Positions 19,384 through 30,320 of a DNA stretch of 64,000 nucleotides are shown here, one piece after another. The DNA comes from an uncultured delta proteobacterium (lineage in GTDB: Bacteria > Desulfobacterota > Syntrophia > Syntrophales > UBA5619). Position numbers and translations under genes: made by a program. Position 1 is the stretch's first letter; each line of letters opens with the position of its first letter. The DNA lies in NCBI GenBank assembly GCA_963817385.1, contig CAWFOM010000010.1, positions 160,001 to 224,000 on the forward strand, read 5' to 3'. The notes below the pieces were generated by a model that ran no database searches, was not told the DNA's origin, and saw nothing but the letters and a program-made list of their open reading frames with translations.

Positions 19384-19851
19384 ATGTCCGGTGTGACCTA
19401 TGGAAACCGAGGAGGGCGGATTCGTGTCAACGCGGTACGGAGTAAGACGGCACCGACGAGACCGGTCGAGGAAATTGTCCGAGAGCTCAAAACGACGCAA
19501 CTCGCCGGAGAAGGCGATTACCGGGACCGGTCTCTTGTCCTGCACGGCTTGATCTGTGGCCGCTGCGGCCGGGAATTCGATGCAGCTCATCGACACCTCC
19601 TGACAGTGCACCACAAGGACGGCAATCACCAAAACAACCCTCCCGATGGGAGCAATTGGGAAAACCTCTGCGTATACTGTCATGAAGATGTTCACAGCCG
19701 GGGGCTGCTGGGGGATTACTTGGAGGGGACAACTGCGCCCCGGGAGGAGGCAGTTGTCTATCGGGATGAGACGGCAGATGGGCCAAAGGGGTTGGGGACT
19801 CTCGCCGATCGGCTGCAAAAAGCCCTGGAAAAGAAGAAACACCGGCAGTGA
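19384..19851 (+). CDS. YajD-like HNH nuclease family protein
   Basis: CGRCGREF, LTVHHKDGNHQNNPPDGSNWENLCVYCHEDVHSR. Confidence 0.88.
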   Translation: MSGVTYGNRGGRIRVNAVRSKTAPTRPVEEIVRELKTTQLAGEGDYRDRSLVLHGLICGRCGREFDAAHRHLLTVHHKDGNHQNNPPDGSNWENLCVYCHEDVHSRGLLGDYLEGTTAPREEAVVYRDETADGPKGLGTLADRLQKALEKKKHRQ

Positions 19852-19890
19852 CTCAGGAATGAGTTTACTCATCAACATGGAGGGATCACG

Positions 19891-21853
19891 ATGGGAAAGC
19901 TGTTGTGGAAGCCTTCGGAGGAGCGCATCAGGAACAGCAACATGTTCCGTTTCATGACGTTCGTTAACGGAAGACACCAGCTGAATTTTACCGATTATGA
20001 TGGTCTCTATGCGTGGTCGGTGAGTAATCTCACCGAATTCTGGGCTGACGTTTGGGACTTCGTCGGGATTAAGGCCTCGCGAAGATATGACGAAGTGATC
20101 GATGACGAACGGAAAATGCCCGGGGCAAAGTGGTTTTCCGGCGCCAGGCTCAATTTTGCGGAAAATCTGCTCCGGTTTCGTGACGACTCCGTGGCGCTCA
20201 TCTTCAAGGGCGAAGATCACCCGACGGCGAACGATGACCTATGCCGAACTCTATGATGAAGTGGCGAGGATCGCCCAAGGCCTGAAGGATTGCGGGGTCG
20301 GCGTGGGCGACCGCGTCGCCGGCTTCATGCCGAACATGCCCGAAACTGTAGTCGCCATGCTTGCCGCTGCCAGTCTTGGTGCAGTGTGGTCCTCATGTTC
20401 CCCCGATTTCGGGATCAAGGGAGTACTGGACCGTTTCGGGCAGATCAAGCCGAAGGTCATTTTTGTTGCCGATGGGTATTTCTTCAAGGGAAAGAGACTC
20501 GACTCCGTCTCCCGTGTGGCGGAAATCATCAAGGATCTCCCTTCCATTGAGAAAGTCGTCGTCGTTGCCTACACCGAACGGGAGCCGGATATCGGCTCTC
20601 TTCGTGACGCCATACATTACCAAACCTTCGCTTCCAAGGCCAAGGGACGCGCACCGAAGATAGACTTCGAGCAACTCCCTTTCGAGCATCCGCTGTATAT
20701 TATGTTTACTTCGGGGACGACCGGTCTTCCCAAGTGCATGGTTCAGAGCGCCGGCGGGATTCTGATACACCACCTGAAGGAACTCATCCTCCATACGAAC
20801 CTTACGCGGGAGGACACCATTTTTTATTTTACCACCTGCGGATGGATGATGTGGAATTGGCTCGTCAGCTCGCTTGCCGTGGGGGCGAGGCTCCTCCTTT
20901 ACGACGGGAATCCATTTTATCCCGATGCGGGTGTGTTGTGGCGGACGGCCCAGGACGAGAAGATCACGGTCTTCGGGACCAGCGCCGGTTACATTGCCGC
21001 GCTGATGAACGAGGGGGTCCGGCCGAGCAAGGAATATGACCTTTCCGCTCTTAAAACCATCCTTTCGACCGGTTCGCCCCTCTCCGAAGAGGGCTTTGAG
21101 TTCATCTACCGGGAGGTAAAAACGGATCTCCAACTCTCTTCCATCTCGGGCGGTTCCGACATCAACGGCTGCTTTGCCCTGGGCAATCCCCTGGGGCCGG
21201 TCTATTCCGGAGAACTCCAGTGCCGGGGCCTTGCGATGAAGGTCGAAGCCTTCGATGAAAACGGCAAGCCGGTGATCAACCAACAAGGCGAGCTCGTCTG
21301 CACGGCGCCGTCCCCTTCGATGCCCATCTACTTCTGGGACGATCCGGGAAACAAGAAATACAAGGCCGCCTATTTCGATGTCTATCCGAATGTGTGGCGT
21401 CATGGTGATTACATCCTCATCAACGAGCGGGGCGGCGTCGTGATCTATGGCCGCTCCGACGCGACACTCAACCCCGGCGGCGTCCGGATCGGAACGGCGG
21501 AGATTTACCGCCAGGTCGAGAACATCGAAGGGATTGCCGACAGCATCGTCGTCGGGCAAAACTGGAAGAACGACGTCCGTATCATTCTCTTCGTCAAGAT
21601 GGCGCCGGGGAAGGAACTCACCGACGAGCTCCGGGACCGGATCCGAAAGTTGATCCGCGTGAACGCATCGCCACGCCACGTTCCAGCCAAGATCATCGCC
21701 GTGCCTGACATTCCGTACACGCTGAACATGAAGAAGGTCGAGCTTTCGGTAAAAAAGGTGATCGAGAGGCAGACTGTACAGAACAGAGATGCGTTGAAGA
21801 ATCCGGAAGCTCTCGATTACTACACGGAGATCAGGGAACTCCAGGAGGATTGA
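19891..21853 (+). CDS. Acetoacetate--CoA ligase, frameshift near 20222
   Basis: LWKPS, WFSGARLNFAENLL, SPDFG, FTSGTTGLPK, CGWMMWNW, SGGSD, WRHGD, GRSDATLNPGGVRIG. Confidence 0.9.
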
Positions 21854-22002
21854 CGATTCCGGGCATTGATAGGTCGGACGGGTCGTTTACGAGGGCGGCA
21901 GTATTGATGCTCCCGAACAAACTCGATCGTCGTTTGTGGTTCCTTATTTTACAAACAGATCAGTAGTGAGAAAATGGTGGTCGGCCGGGGGGCGGCCCCT
22001 GT

Positions 22003-22203
22003 TCATTTGACGATGATCTGGAGGTTATCCCGCTCGGTGACCATCTTGTCGCCCACTGATGTTCCGCAGTACGTGCACGTGTAGTCATACTTGTCGCCGT
22101 TGGCGAGGACAAGCAGAAGCCTTTTTCTCACCGGAACGGCTCGCCGGCATGTGGGGCAGAAGAGCTCCGTGGCATCAAAATCGCGATATTGTTCCTTTCT
22201 CAT
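22003..22203 (-). CDS. Small CxxC...CxxC zinc-ribbon protein
   Basis: CPTC...CTYC; ATGA overlap with the nadE stop. Confidence 0.75.
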   Translation of the reverse strand: MRKEQYRDFDATELFCPTCRRAVPVRKRLLLVLANGDKYDYTCTYCGTSVGDKMVTERDNLQIIVK

Positions 22204-24274
22204 CCATCATCCCTTTCCGGAATTCGTTTCGCATCCTCCAGCCATACCGCGGCCTCGCTGTCGCTCGGCGCCCGGTAATCACCGCGTGGTGAGAGGGAGC
22301 CTCCCGAACCTACTTTGGGGCCATTCGGGGCGCAGGAGCGCTTGAACTGGCTGATCTGAAAAAAGCGGTAGAGATATATTTCAAGCCAGTGGCGGATCTC
22401 TCCGATTGTGTAGGCGTGACGCTTCGCTTCGGGGAGATCCGGCCAGTTGCCCTGCGTCGCGTCACGCCAGGCGCAATAGGCCATGAAGGCAATCTTGGTC
22501 GGGAGATAGCCGAATCGGGTTGTGTAGAAAATGTTGAAATCCTGCAGCTCGTATGGTCCGACCGTGGATTCCGTCAACTGGCAGGGCTGGGCATCGATCT
22601 GCCCCGGGATCAGCTCGGGACTGATCTCGGTATCGAGGATATCAAAGAGGATCATGGATGCTTCGGAGGACATCTGCTCCGATCTCGCAACCCAGCGGAT
22701 CAGATGCTGGATCAGAGTTTTGGGAACGCTGGCGTTGACATTGTAGTGAGACATGTGGTCTCCGACGCCGTAGGTGCACCAGCCGAGAGCGAGTTCGCTC
22801 AAGTCCCCCGTGCCGATGACAAGAGCCTTTCTGAGATTCGCGATGCGAAAGAGGTGCGAGGTTCTCTCTCCGGCCTGGATGTTTTCAAAGGCGATGTCAT
22901 AAACCTCCTGTCCTTCCGCATAGGGGTGGCCGATATCCTTGAGCATCTGCATGCAGCTTGGTCGGATGTCGATCTCGTTTGCCTCCACGCCCAGCGCTTT
23001 CATCAGGCGGAGGGCATTCAGGCGGGTCTTTTCGCACGTCGCGAAGCCGGGCATGGTGTAGGCCAGGACATGGGAGCGGGGGTGGGAGAGAAGATCCATC
23101 GTTCGGGCGGCGACGATCAAGGCGTGCGTGGAGTCGAGACCGCCGGATACGCCGATCACCACCGTGTCGATCCCAGAAGATTTCAGGCGTTGAGAGAGAC
23201 CTTGGACCTGGATGTTGTACGCTTCATAGCAGCGTTGCTCTCGCGTGGCCGGGTCTGCAGGGATGTAAGGGAAGCGTGGATATTCTCGTTCGAGGAGGAG
23301 GCGACCTCCGATCGGTTCAATCGTCGAGGATGATCCGCCGAAATTTCAGGAGGGATTCCCGGTGGGTCCGGGCATTCCCGCCGAAGCTGGTCTGACGCAT
23401 CCGATCCTGGGCAAGACGGTCGAGGTCGAGATCGGCCTGAATGATCTGAGGTCCGCCAGCAAATCTCTCCGATTCTGCGAGGAGGTTTCCGTTTTCGTAG
23501 ATCATCGCGTGACCGTCCCAGGCCAGGTCAGTCGTTGATTCCCCGGGGCCCGCTGCTGCGTAGAGGTAGGCGGAGATGCAGCGCGCAGACTGATTTGCTG
23601 CCAGGCTCTGCCGGTATTTTGCTTTGCCGATGGTCACGTTGGAAGCGGAGAGGTTCCCGATGACGGTTGCCCCCGCCAGGGAGGCATAGCAGGAGGGAGG
23701 GATGGGGACCCACACGTCTTCGCACATCTCCAGAAAAAAGCGAAAATGGCGGATGTTCGCTACATCGAAGATGAGATCGGCGCCAAAGGGGATCTCGTTC
23801 TGACCGCAGAGGCGGATGGTTTTCGCAAGGGCCTCTTCGGCAGGGCTGAACTGGCGTGCTTCGTAGAACTCCCGGTAGTTTGGCAGATAGGACTTGACAG
23901 CCACCCCGAGGATCCGCCCCCGATAGAGAACGATTCCGCAATTGAACAGGCGCGAGTCGACCTGCAGTGGGGCGCCGACGATGAGAATGAGATTGAGTGC
24001 GGCCGTTTCGCGGCAGATCCGGTCGATGGCTTCGAGGACCCCGCTCAGCAGTGCGTCCTGGTGAAAGAGGTCTTCGTTTGAATAGGCCGAGAGGCCCAAT
24101 TCAGGGAAAGATGGCAAGAAGAGCATGACCCGCCGCGGCCTCCCGGGCAAGACGGATGGTTTGATCGGCATTGAACCGGACATCGGCAATCTTCACCGTG
24201 GGTATGCAGACCGCGGCCCGTATGAAGCCATGGCGGTAGAGGTTGAAAAATTCGTTTTTATCCTTGCATTCCAT
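22200..24274 (-). CDS. nadE: Glutamine-dependent NAD+ synthetase, frameshifts near 24104 and 23322
   Basis: N-terminus [14 protein letters not shown] read from ATG 24274; nitrilase domain [26 protein letters not shown]; synthetase domain [35 protein letters not shown]. Confidence 0.92.
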
Positions 24275-24276
24275 GG

Positions 24277-25045
24277 TTATTCCTTCTCAATATAGGCATA
24301 AGCGCTGTGGTTGTGGATGCTCTCAAAATTTTCCGCCTCGACGCTGTACCAGATGAAATTCGTATCTTGGCTCAGGCGCTCCGCAATGTTTCTGACGACA
24401 TCTTCGACAAACATGGGGTTCTCGTAACCCCTTTCCGTAACGAATTTTTCATCAACACGTTTCAGGAGGGAATATACCTCGCCGCTGGAGGAATCCTCGA
24501 TCAGCCTGATGACATCCTCGATCCAGAAGAATTTATGGAACCTGACTCGAACGGTGACGATGCTCCGCTGGTTATGGGCGCCCGCTTGGCTGATCTCTTT
24601 GGAGCAGGGGCAGACGGTTGTTACCGGAACCACCATGCCCACAACAAAGTCCATCCCCGTACCGTTACTCGCGCCTAGAGAACTGACAGCGGTATTCCAT
24701 CAGACTTTTTGCACCGGACCGGGGGGCCGTTTTTTCGATAAAATAGGGAAAATCTATTTCGATATGCGCCGATTCGGCATGCAATTTGGCCCTGATTTTC
24801 TCCAGGATGCTCTGAAAGGTGCGGATGTTGACCTGCTCGCGGATTTCGTTGAGAACCTCCACGAACCGGCTCATGTGCGTCCCCTTGAAGTGATGGCGAA
24901 GGTTCACATACATGTTGATCGTGGCATTGACCGGCTGAGTTCCGTGGGTGCGGTCCAGCACGACAATAGGGTATTTGAGCCCCTTTACGCCGACTTTCTT
25001 GATGTCGATGTTTCGTTCGTCCCGCTGATTCTGGATATCGATCAT
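24277..25045 (-). CDS. folE2: GTP cyclohydrolase type IB, frameshift near 24675
   Basis: [55 protein letters not shown]. Confidence 0.92.
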
Positions 25046-25410
25046 AAGCTGTAGGTGGCGCATGAGTTTTCGGACTCCCATACGGTAACCCGTGACAGAC
25101 GTGTCTTTGCCTGACGCGCCTTTTCGTCGATCCTGTCGTAGAGAAATCGGGCGATCTGTTCGGACGAAGGATTCATGTTTTTAAAATATTCCAGTTCGTT
25201 AAGATATTTATGATCGAGTTGATCGAGGATTTCCTCGGTCCACCGCTTTACAACACGGAAGTCGATCAGCAGGCCCTCCTCGTTGAGCGATTCGGCCGCG
25301 ACCGAGACCTCTACGAGGAAATTATGGCCGTGAAGCGATTCGCACTTGCCGCCGATCTCCCTGATGAGATGGGCGGCGGAAAAGGATTTTTTGATGGTCA
25401 CTTCGTACAT
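25042..25410 (-). CDS. queD: 6-carboxy-5,6,7,8-tetrahydropterin synthase
   Basis: FSAAH, CESLHGHN, LDHKYLN, NPSSE, VWES. Confidence 0.93.
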   Translation of the reverse strand: MYEVTIKKSFSAAHLIREIGGKCESLHGHNFLVEVSVAAESLNEEGLLIDFRVVKRWTEEILDQLDHKYLNELEYFKNMNPSSEQIARFLYDRIDEKARQAKTRLSRVTVWESENSCATYSL

Positions 25411-25676
25411 GAGACCTCCCTCCGTTATTTTGGTTGAACTATATCACAAAACAACCCAGATGCCTAAGCAGGAAAATGAATACTGCCAAATGTATAAAGA
25501 TAGCGGTGATAGCTTCTTGGCGGATATGGAATAATTCCAAAATACCTGTGAAAATGACGGAAAAAATGAAAGGCTGCAAAGAGGCAATAGTTTGCTCCGC
25601 TGGGCGCATTTTTATAAATATATGAAATAATGCTGATATAATCTAAGCATGAAACAAAAATCAGAAGCGGAGATGG

Positions 25677-25692
25677 TGGCATGCTCCTTGCT
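25677..25692 (+). promoter_or_regulatory. sigma54 (-24/-12) promoter of the pilin gene
   Basis: TGGCAT-GCTCC-TTGCT with exact GG-N10-GC spacing, about 145 bp upstream of pilA, preceded by an AT-rich tract; RpoN control of pilA is established in Pseudomonas and Geobacter. Confidence 0.85.
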
Positions 25693-25835
25693 TTTAACAG
25701 TCCGCAAAGGAGTCGGCAAGCACAAGGAATCTGTTTGAACAGGAGGTGGTTTTGGGACGCGATACGGTGTATTTATCCGATCAGGCAATCATCCGAGACT
25801 AACAATTTTAACACTAGAGACTAAGGAGGCTAAAA

Positions 25836-26240
25836 ATGATTAGTACATTCCGCAAAAGAAACACAAAGGGCTTTACGTTGATCGAGCTCATGATCGTCAT
25901 CGCGATCATCGGCATCCTGGCGGCCATCGCCATCCCGCAGTTCGCGGCGTACAGGTCGAGAGGGTTCATGGCAAGCGTCAAGACGGATACAAAAAATGTG
26001 TACACGGGTATCGTGGCGTATCAAGGTGATTTCCCAGGCGTAACTTACCCTGCTGACGTCTTGCCTGACACTGGCCTTCCGGGAGCTGTCTATACCAAAA
26101 TGAGTGCGACGAAAGGGAATACGGTCACGATCGCAGCCGGTGGAGATATAACGGGAGCTCATACCAATGCCGCCGAACTGACTGGAACCTATGTCATCGG
26201 CACCAACGGTGTTGCAGCCGATACTCTGGCAATACCGTAA
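25836..26240 (+). CDS. pilA: Type IVa major pilin
   Basis: Basic leader [12 protein letters not shown], cleavage G|FTLIE, IPQF..YR like deltaproteobacterial pilins; AAGGAGG RBS, sigma54 promoter, terminator. Confidence 0.93.
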   Translation: MISTFRKRNTKGFTLIELMIVIAIIGILAAIAIPQFAAYRSRGFMASVKTDTKNVYTGIVAYQGDFPGVTYPADVLPDTGLPGAVYTKMSATKGNTVTIAAGGDITGAHTNAAELTGTYVIGTNGVAADTLAIP

Positions 26241-26304
26241 GCAGAGTTGCTGTTGCGGGGACAATATCCCGATACTGTTGACAGCCGCATCACAAAGATT
26301 ACAG

Positions 26305-26340
26305 AAAAAAGGGAGGGATGCGAATCCCCTCCTTTTTTTT
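26305..26340 (+). terminator. Rho-independent terminator after pilA
   Basis: AAAAAAGGGAGGGAT-GCGA-ATCCCCTCCTTTTTTTT. Confidence 0.85.
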
Positions 26341-26425
26341 ATCGAGTCGTTCAGACCATAAGTCTTTAGCCTGCCAATGTTTGACCCGATGTTACCGGCT
26401 TAAATTTCTTTCAGGAGAAACATCC

Positions 26426-28240
26426 ATGATTCGTCAGTGGATCCGTTCTCATCCCGTTCATATCTTCATTTGCCTTGGACTGACGCTGATCGTCATCGTG
26501 CCTTTCTATCAGACGAGTCAATTCAAATTTGTCCTTTACGACGATAATATGTACATTGTGAACAATAAGAATATCCAAACCGGGTTTGACCGAGACAGTG
26601 TTTCCTGGGCGTTTACGACATTGTTTGCCTGTAACTGGCAGCCGCTGACGTGGCTTTCGCTGATGCTGGATTACAAAATGTACGGCACGAGCGCCGGAGG
26701 CTATCATGTGACGAATGTGATGATTCATCTGGCCAATACGCTGCTGTTGTTTTTCGTATTCGGCAGGATGACCGGAGGATTGTGGAAGAGCGGCTTTGTG
26801 GCCGCGTTATTTGCCGTACATCCCCTCCACGTAGAGTCCGTGGCGTGGGTAATGGCGCGCAAGGATGTCCTGAGCGCGATGTTCTGGCTGCTGACGATGG
26901 GCGCGTATGCGTATTATGCCGACAATCCGTCCCTGAGACGTTATGCGGGGGTTTTTGTCATGTTTGTTCTGGGGTTGATGTCGAAGCCGATGATTGTGAC
27001 ACTTCCAATTGTTTTACTTCTTTTGGATTATTGGCCGTTGCGACGTTTCCGGGGTGATGAATTTATCGCCGGCCGGCGTCTTATTCTGGAAAAGGTTCCG
27101 CTCATCGCTCTCAGCGCTGTTATCAGCGTCATTACGATTCATGCCCAGGAACTTTCGGGGGCACTGACATCGCTTGGGAATATTGGCTTATCGGACAGGA
27201 TGGCCAATGCCGTTGTTTCCTATGGGGGATACGTGGCCAAGATGTTGTCACCGCTGAATCTTGCCTGTTTCTATCCCTATCCGACCTCTTTCCCCATATC
27301 AGTCGTTCTGCTATCCGGGACATTCCTGGGTGCGGCCTGTTTCTTTTCCTACAAATACATCCATACGGCGCCCTATCTGGCAATGGGCTGGCTGTTGGTA
27401 TCTGGTTACGCTGCTGCCGGTCAGCGGCATCATCCAGGTAGGCGAACAGGCTATGGCCGACCGATACACCTATATTCCCTTGATCGGCCTCTTTATCGTT
27501 ATCGCCTGGGGGATCCCCGACCTTCTGAAAGGAAGGTTTTTTTACAGGTACTTCATTCCGGTAGCGGCGGGGACGACCATCCTGCTCCTTGTGATTCTAA
27601 CATTTAAACAGGCAGGTGTCTGGAAAAACAGCATTGTCCTGTTTGAACATGCAATTGCCGTAACAGAGGGAAACTATGTGGCCCATAACAACCTGGGCAG
27701 TTATCTCATGAGCCGGAAACGTTACGGTGAAGCGGCAATTCAATTCGAGAAGGCAGTTCAAATCAAGCCCAATCGAGAAAGGTACCTGATGAATCTTGGG
27801 AATGCTCTCTTCTGGCTGAAGAGATATGATGAGGCAAGGACATATCATTTGCGGGCGATCGCCATTAATCCCCGCTTTGTCGAGTCTTATTATAGTGTCG
27901 CGGATGTTTGTTTATCCAGCGGCAGGGAAAATGAAGCCCTGGAATACTACAGAAAGGCCCTTCATCTTCGTCCGGGGAATGCTCTCGCCGAGAATAATGT
28001 AGCCGACATCCTCATACGTCAGGAGAATCTTGATGAAGCTATTATTTTTTTGAGGGCGGCGATCAGACATAAACCGGATTACGCAAAGGCTCGCAATACT
28101 CTGGCTGTTGTCCTGACTCGGAAGAATCAAATAAGCGAGGCCATCGATGAGTTGAATGAGGCATTGTCGGATCAATCCAGCTATATACTGAAGCAATAAA
28201 TAACCTTTCAAAATTAAAAGGAACAGCTCAGCCTAAGTAA
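26426..28240 (+). CDS. TMTC-like GT-C membrane glycosyltransferase with C-terminal TPRs, copy 1 (frameshifts near 27395 and 28165-28180)
   Basis: YDD in first loop, NWQPLTWLS, GYHVTN, LFAVHPLHVESVAW, RKDVL, LMSKPM, ADRYTY, WKNS, then TPRs; indels located by alignment with copy 2. Confidence 0.85.
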
Positions 28241-28345
28241 GACCATTGATTTGATACCAAGAATGCCAGGTATAAGCATTCGGGCATGACAGGAAAAGTA
28301 AAGATCCTTCTTTGCCGGCATAAATTCCTTTCAGGAGAAACACCC

Positions 28346-30181
28346 ATGATTCGTCAGTGGATCCGTTCTCATCCCGTTCATATCTTCATTTGCCTTGGAC
28401 TGGCGCTGATCGTCATCGTGCCTTTCTATCAGACGAGTCAATTCAAATTCGTCCATTACGACGATGATCTTTACATCCTGGGCAATAAGAATATCCAAAC
28501 CGGGTTTGACCGGAGCAGTGTTTCCTGGGCGTTTACGACATTGTTTGCCTGTAACTGGCAGCCGCTGACGTGGCTTTCGCTGATGCTGGATTACAAAATG
28601 TACGGCACGAGCGCCGGAGGCTATCATGTGACGAATGTGCTGATTCATCTGATCAATACGCTGCTGTTGTTTTTGATATTCGGCAGGATGACCGGAGGAT
28701 TGTGGAAGAGCGGCTTTGTGGCCGCGTTATTTGCCGTACATCCCCTCCACGTGGAGTCCGTGGCGTGGGTAATGGCGCGCAAGGATGTCCTGAGCGCGAT
28801 GTTCTGGCTGCTGACGATGGGCGCGTATGCGTATTATGCCGACAATCCGTCCCTGAGACGTTATGCGTGGGTTTTTGTCATGTTTGTCCTGGGGTTGATG
28901 TCGAAGCCGATGATTGTGACACTTCCGGTTGTTTTACTTCTTTTGGATTATTGGCCATTGCGACGTTTCCGGGGTGATGCGTTTATCACCGGCCGGCGTC
29001 TTATTCTGGAAAAGATTCCGCTCATCGCCCTCAGCGCCATTATCAGCGCTATTACGATTCATGCCCAGGAACTTTCGGGGGCAATGACATCGCTTGGGAA
29101 TATTGGCTTATCGGACAGGATGGTTAATGCGGTTGTTTCCTATGGGGGATATGTGGCCAAGATGTTGTCGCCGATGAATCTTGCCTGTTTCTATCCCTAT
29201 CCGACCTCTTTCCCCATATCTATCGTTCTGCTATCCGGGGCATTTCTGGGTACGGTATGTTTCTTCTCTTTCAGGTACATCCGTACGGCGCCCTATCTGG
29301 CAATGGGCTGGCTTTGGTATCTGATTACACTCCTGCCTGTCAGCGGCATCATCCAGGTCGGTGGTCAGGCCATGGCCGACCGGTACACCTATATCCCCCT
29401 GATCGGCCTTTTCATCGTTATTGCCTGGGGGATCCCTGATCTTCTGAAAGGAAAACTTTTTTTCAGGTACTTCATTCCGATAGCGGCGGGGACGACCATC
29501 CTGCTCCTTGTAATTCTGACATTTAAACAGACAGGTGTCTGGAAAGACAGCCGTGTCCTGTTTGAACATGCGATTGCCGTGACGGAGGGAAACCATGTGG
29601 CTCATAACAACCTCGGTATTCATCTCTTGGGGCACAAACGTTTCGTTGAAGCGGAACGTCACTTCGAACAGGTGGTTCAACTCAAGCCTGGTAATGAAAA
29701 GTACCTGACTAATCTGGGGATTGCACTCTCTCGGCAGAAGAGATATGAGGAGGCAATGACATATTATTTGAGGGCCATAGCCATTAATCCCCTCTTTGCC
29801 GGTTCGTATTATAACGCCGCGGATGCTTGTTTATCCAGCGGCAGGGAAAATGAAGCCCTGGAATACTACAGAAAGGCTCTTCATCTTAGTCCGGGGAATG
29901 CCGGTGCAGAAAATAATGTGGCCGCAATCCTCATACGTCAGGAGAAGCTTGATGAAGCCATCATTTATTTGAGGGCTGCGATCAAACATCATCCGGACTA
30001 TGCGGTGGCCCGAAATACTCTGGCCGTTGTCCTGACCCGGAAGAATCAAATAAGCGAGGCCATCGATGAGTTGAATGAGGCGTTGCGGATCAATCCGCAA
30101 TATACTGAAGCAATAAATAACCTTTCAAAATTAAGAGGATCAGCTCAGACTAATAAAATCATTGATTTGAATACCAGGTAA
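28346..30181 (+). CDS. TMTC-like GT-C membrane glycosyltransferase with C-terminal TPRs, copy 2 (intact)
   Basis: Same motifs as copy 1 in one open frame; ATG 28346 behind AGGAG. Confidence 0.9.
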   Translation: MIRQWIRSHPVHIFICLGLALIVIVPFYQTSQFKFVHYDDDLYILGNKNIQTGFDRSSVSWAFTTLFACNWQPLTWLSLMLDYKMYGTSAGGYHVTNVLIHLINTLLLFLIFGRMTGGLWKSGFVAALFAVHPLHVESVAWVMARKDVLSAMFWLLTMGAYAYYADNPSLRRYAWVFVMFVLGLMSKPMIVTLPVVLLLLDYWPLRRFRGDAFITGRRLILEKIPLIALSAIISAITIHAQELSGAMTSLGNIGLSDRMVNAVVSYGGYVAKMLSPMNLACFYPYPTSFPISIVLLSGAFLGTVCFFSFRYIRTAPYLAMGWLWYLITLLPVSGIIQVGGQAMADRYTYIPLIGLFIVIAWGIPDLLKGKLFFRYFIPIAAGTTILLLVILTFKQTGVWKDSRVLFEHAIAVTEGNHVAHNNLGIHLLGHKRFVEAERHFEQVVQLKPGNEKYLTNLGIALSRQKRYEEAMTYYLRAIAINPLFAGSYYNAADACLSSGRENEALEYYRKALHLSPGNAGAENNVAAILIRQEKLDEAIIYLRAAIKHHPDYAVARNTLAVVLTRKNQISEAIDELNEALRINPQYTEAINNLSKLRGSAQTNKIIDLNTR

Positions 30182-30320
30182 CTTTCATTCAAGAGATCCT
30201 ATGATAAAACAAAAACCTCCGGGATCTGCAACGCCGAGTTGTGTCTACACTATTTCCGTTGTATACGGCGGACGCAAGCGGCAATATTACTCCATAATTG
30301 GAATCAGGCGGACTTCAAGA

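Larger units (their letters stand above)
26395..30181 (+). repeat. Tandem gene duplication, unit about 1920 bp
   Basis: Sequence from 26395 recurs almost verbatim from 28315, including the RBS region TCAGGAGAAACA; offset 1920 bp. Confidence 0.95.

Noticed and set aside
19384..19851. HNH protein as a defence or homing nuclease
   Set aside because: Matches the small YajD-like family and has no methylase, intron or mobile context.
20393..21679. 428-aa minus-strand ORF inside acetoacetate-CoA ligase
   Set aside because: Antisense shadow without motifs.
24095..24110. Programmed frameshift or phase variation in nadE and other broken genes
   Set aside because: No slippery heptamers or long repeat tracts at the breaks; scattered single-base indels fit sequencing error better.
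25700..25835. Riboswitch (for example c-di-GMP) in the pilA leader
   Set aside because: I could not match the conserved GEMM or other riboswitch cores by eye; an Rfam scan would settle it.
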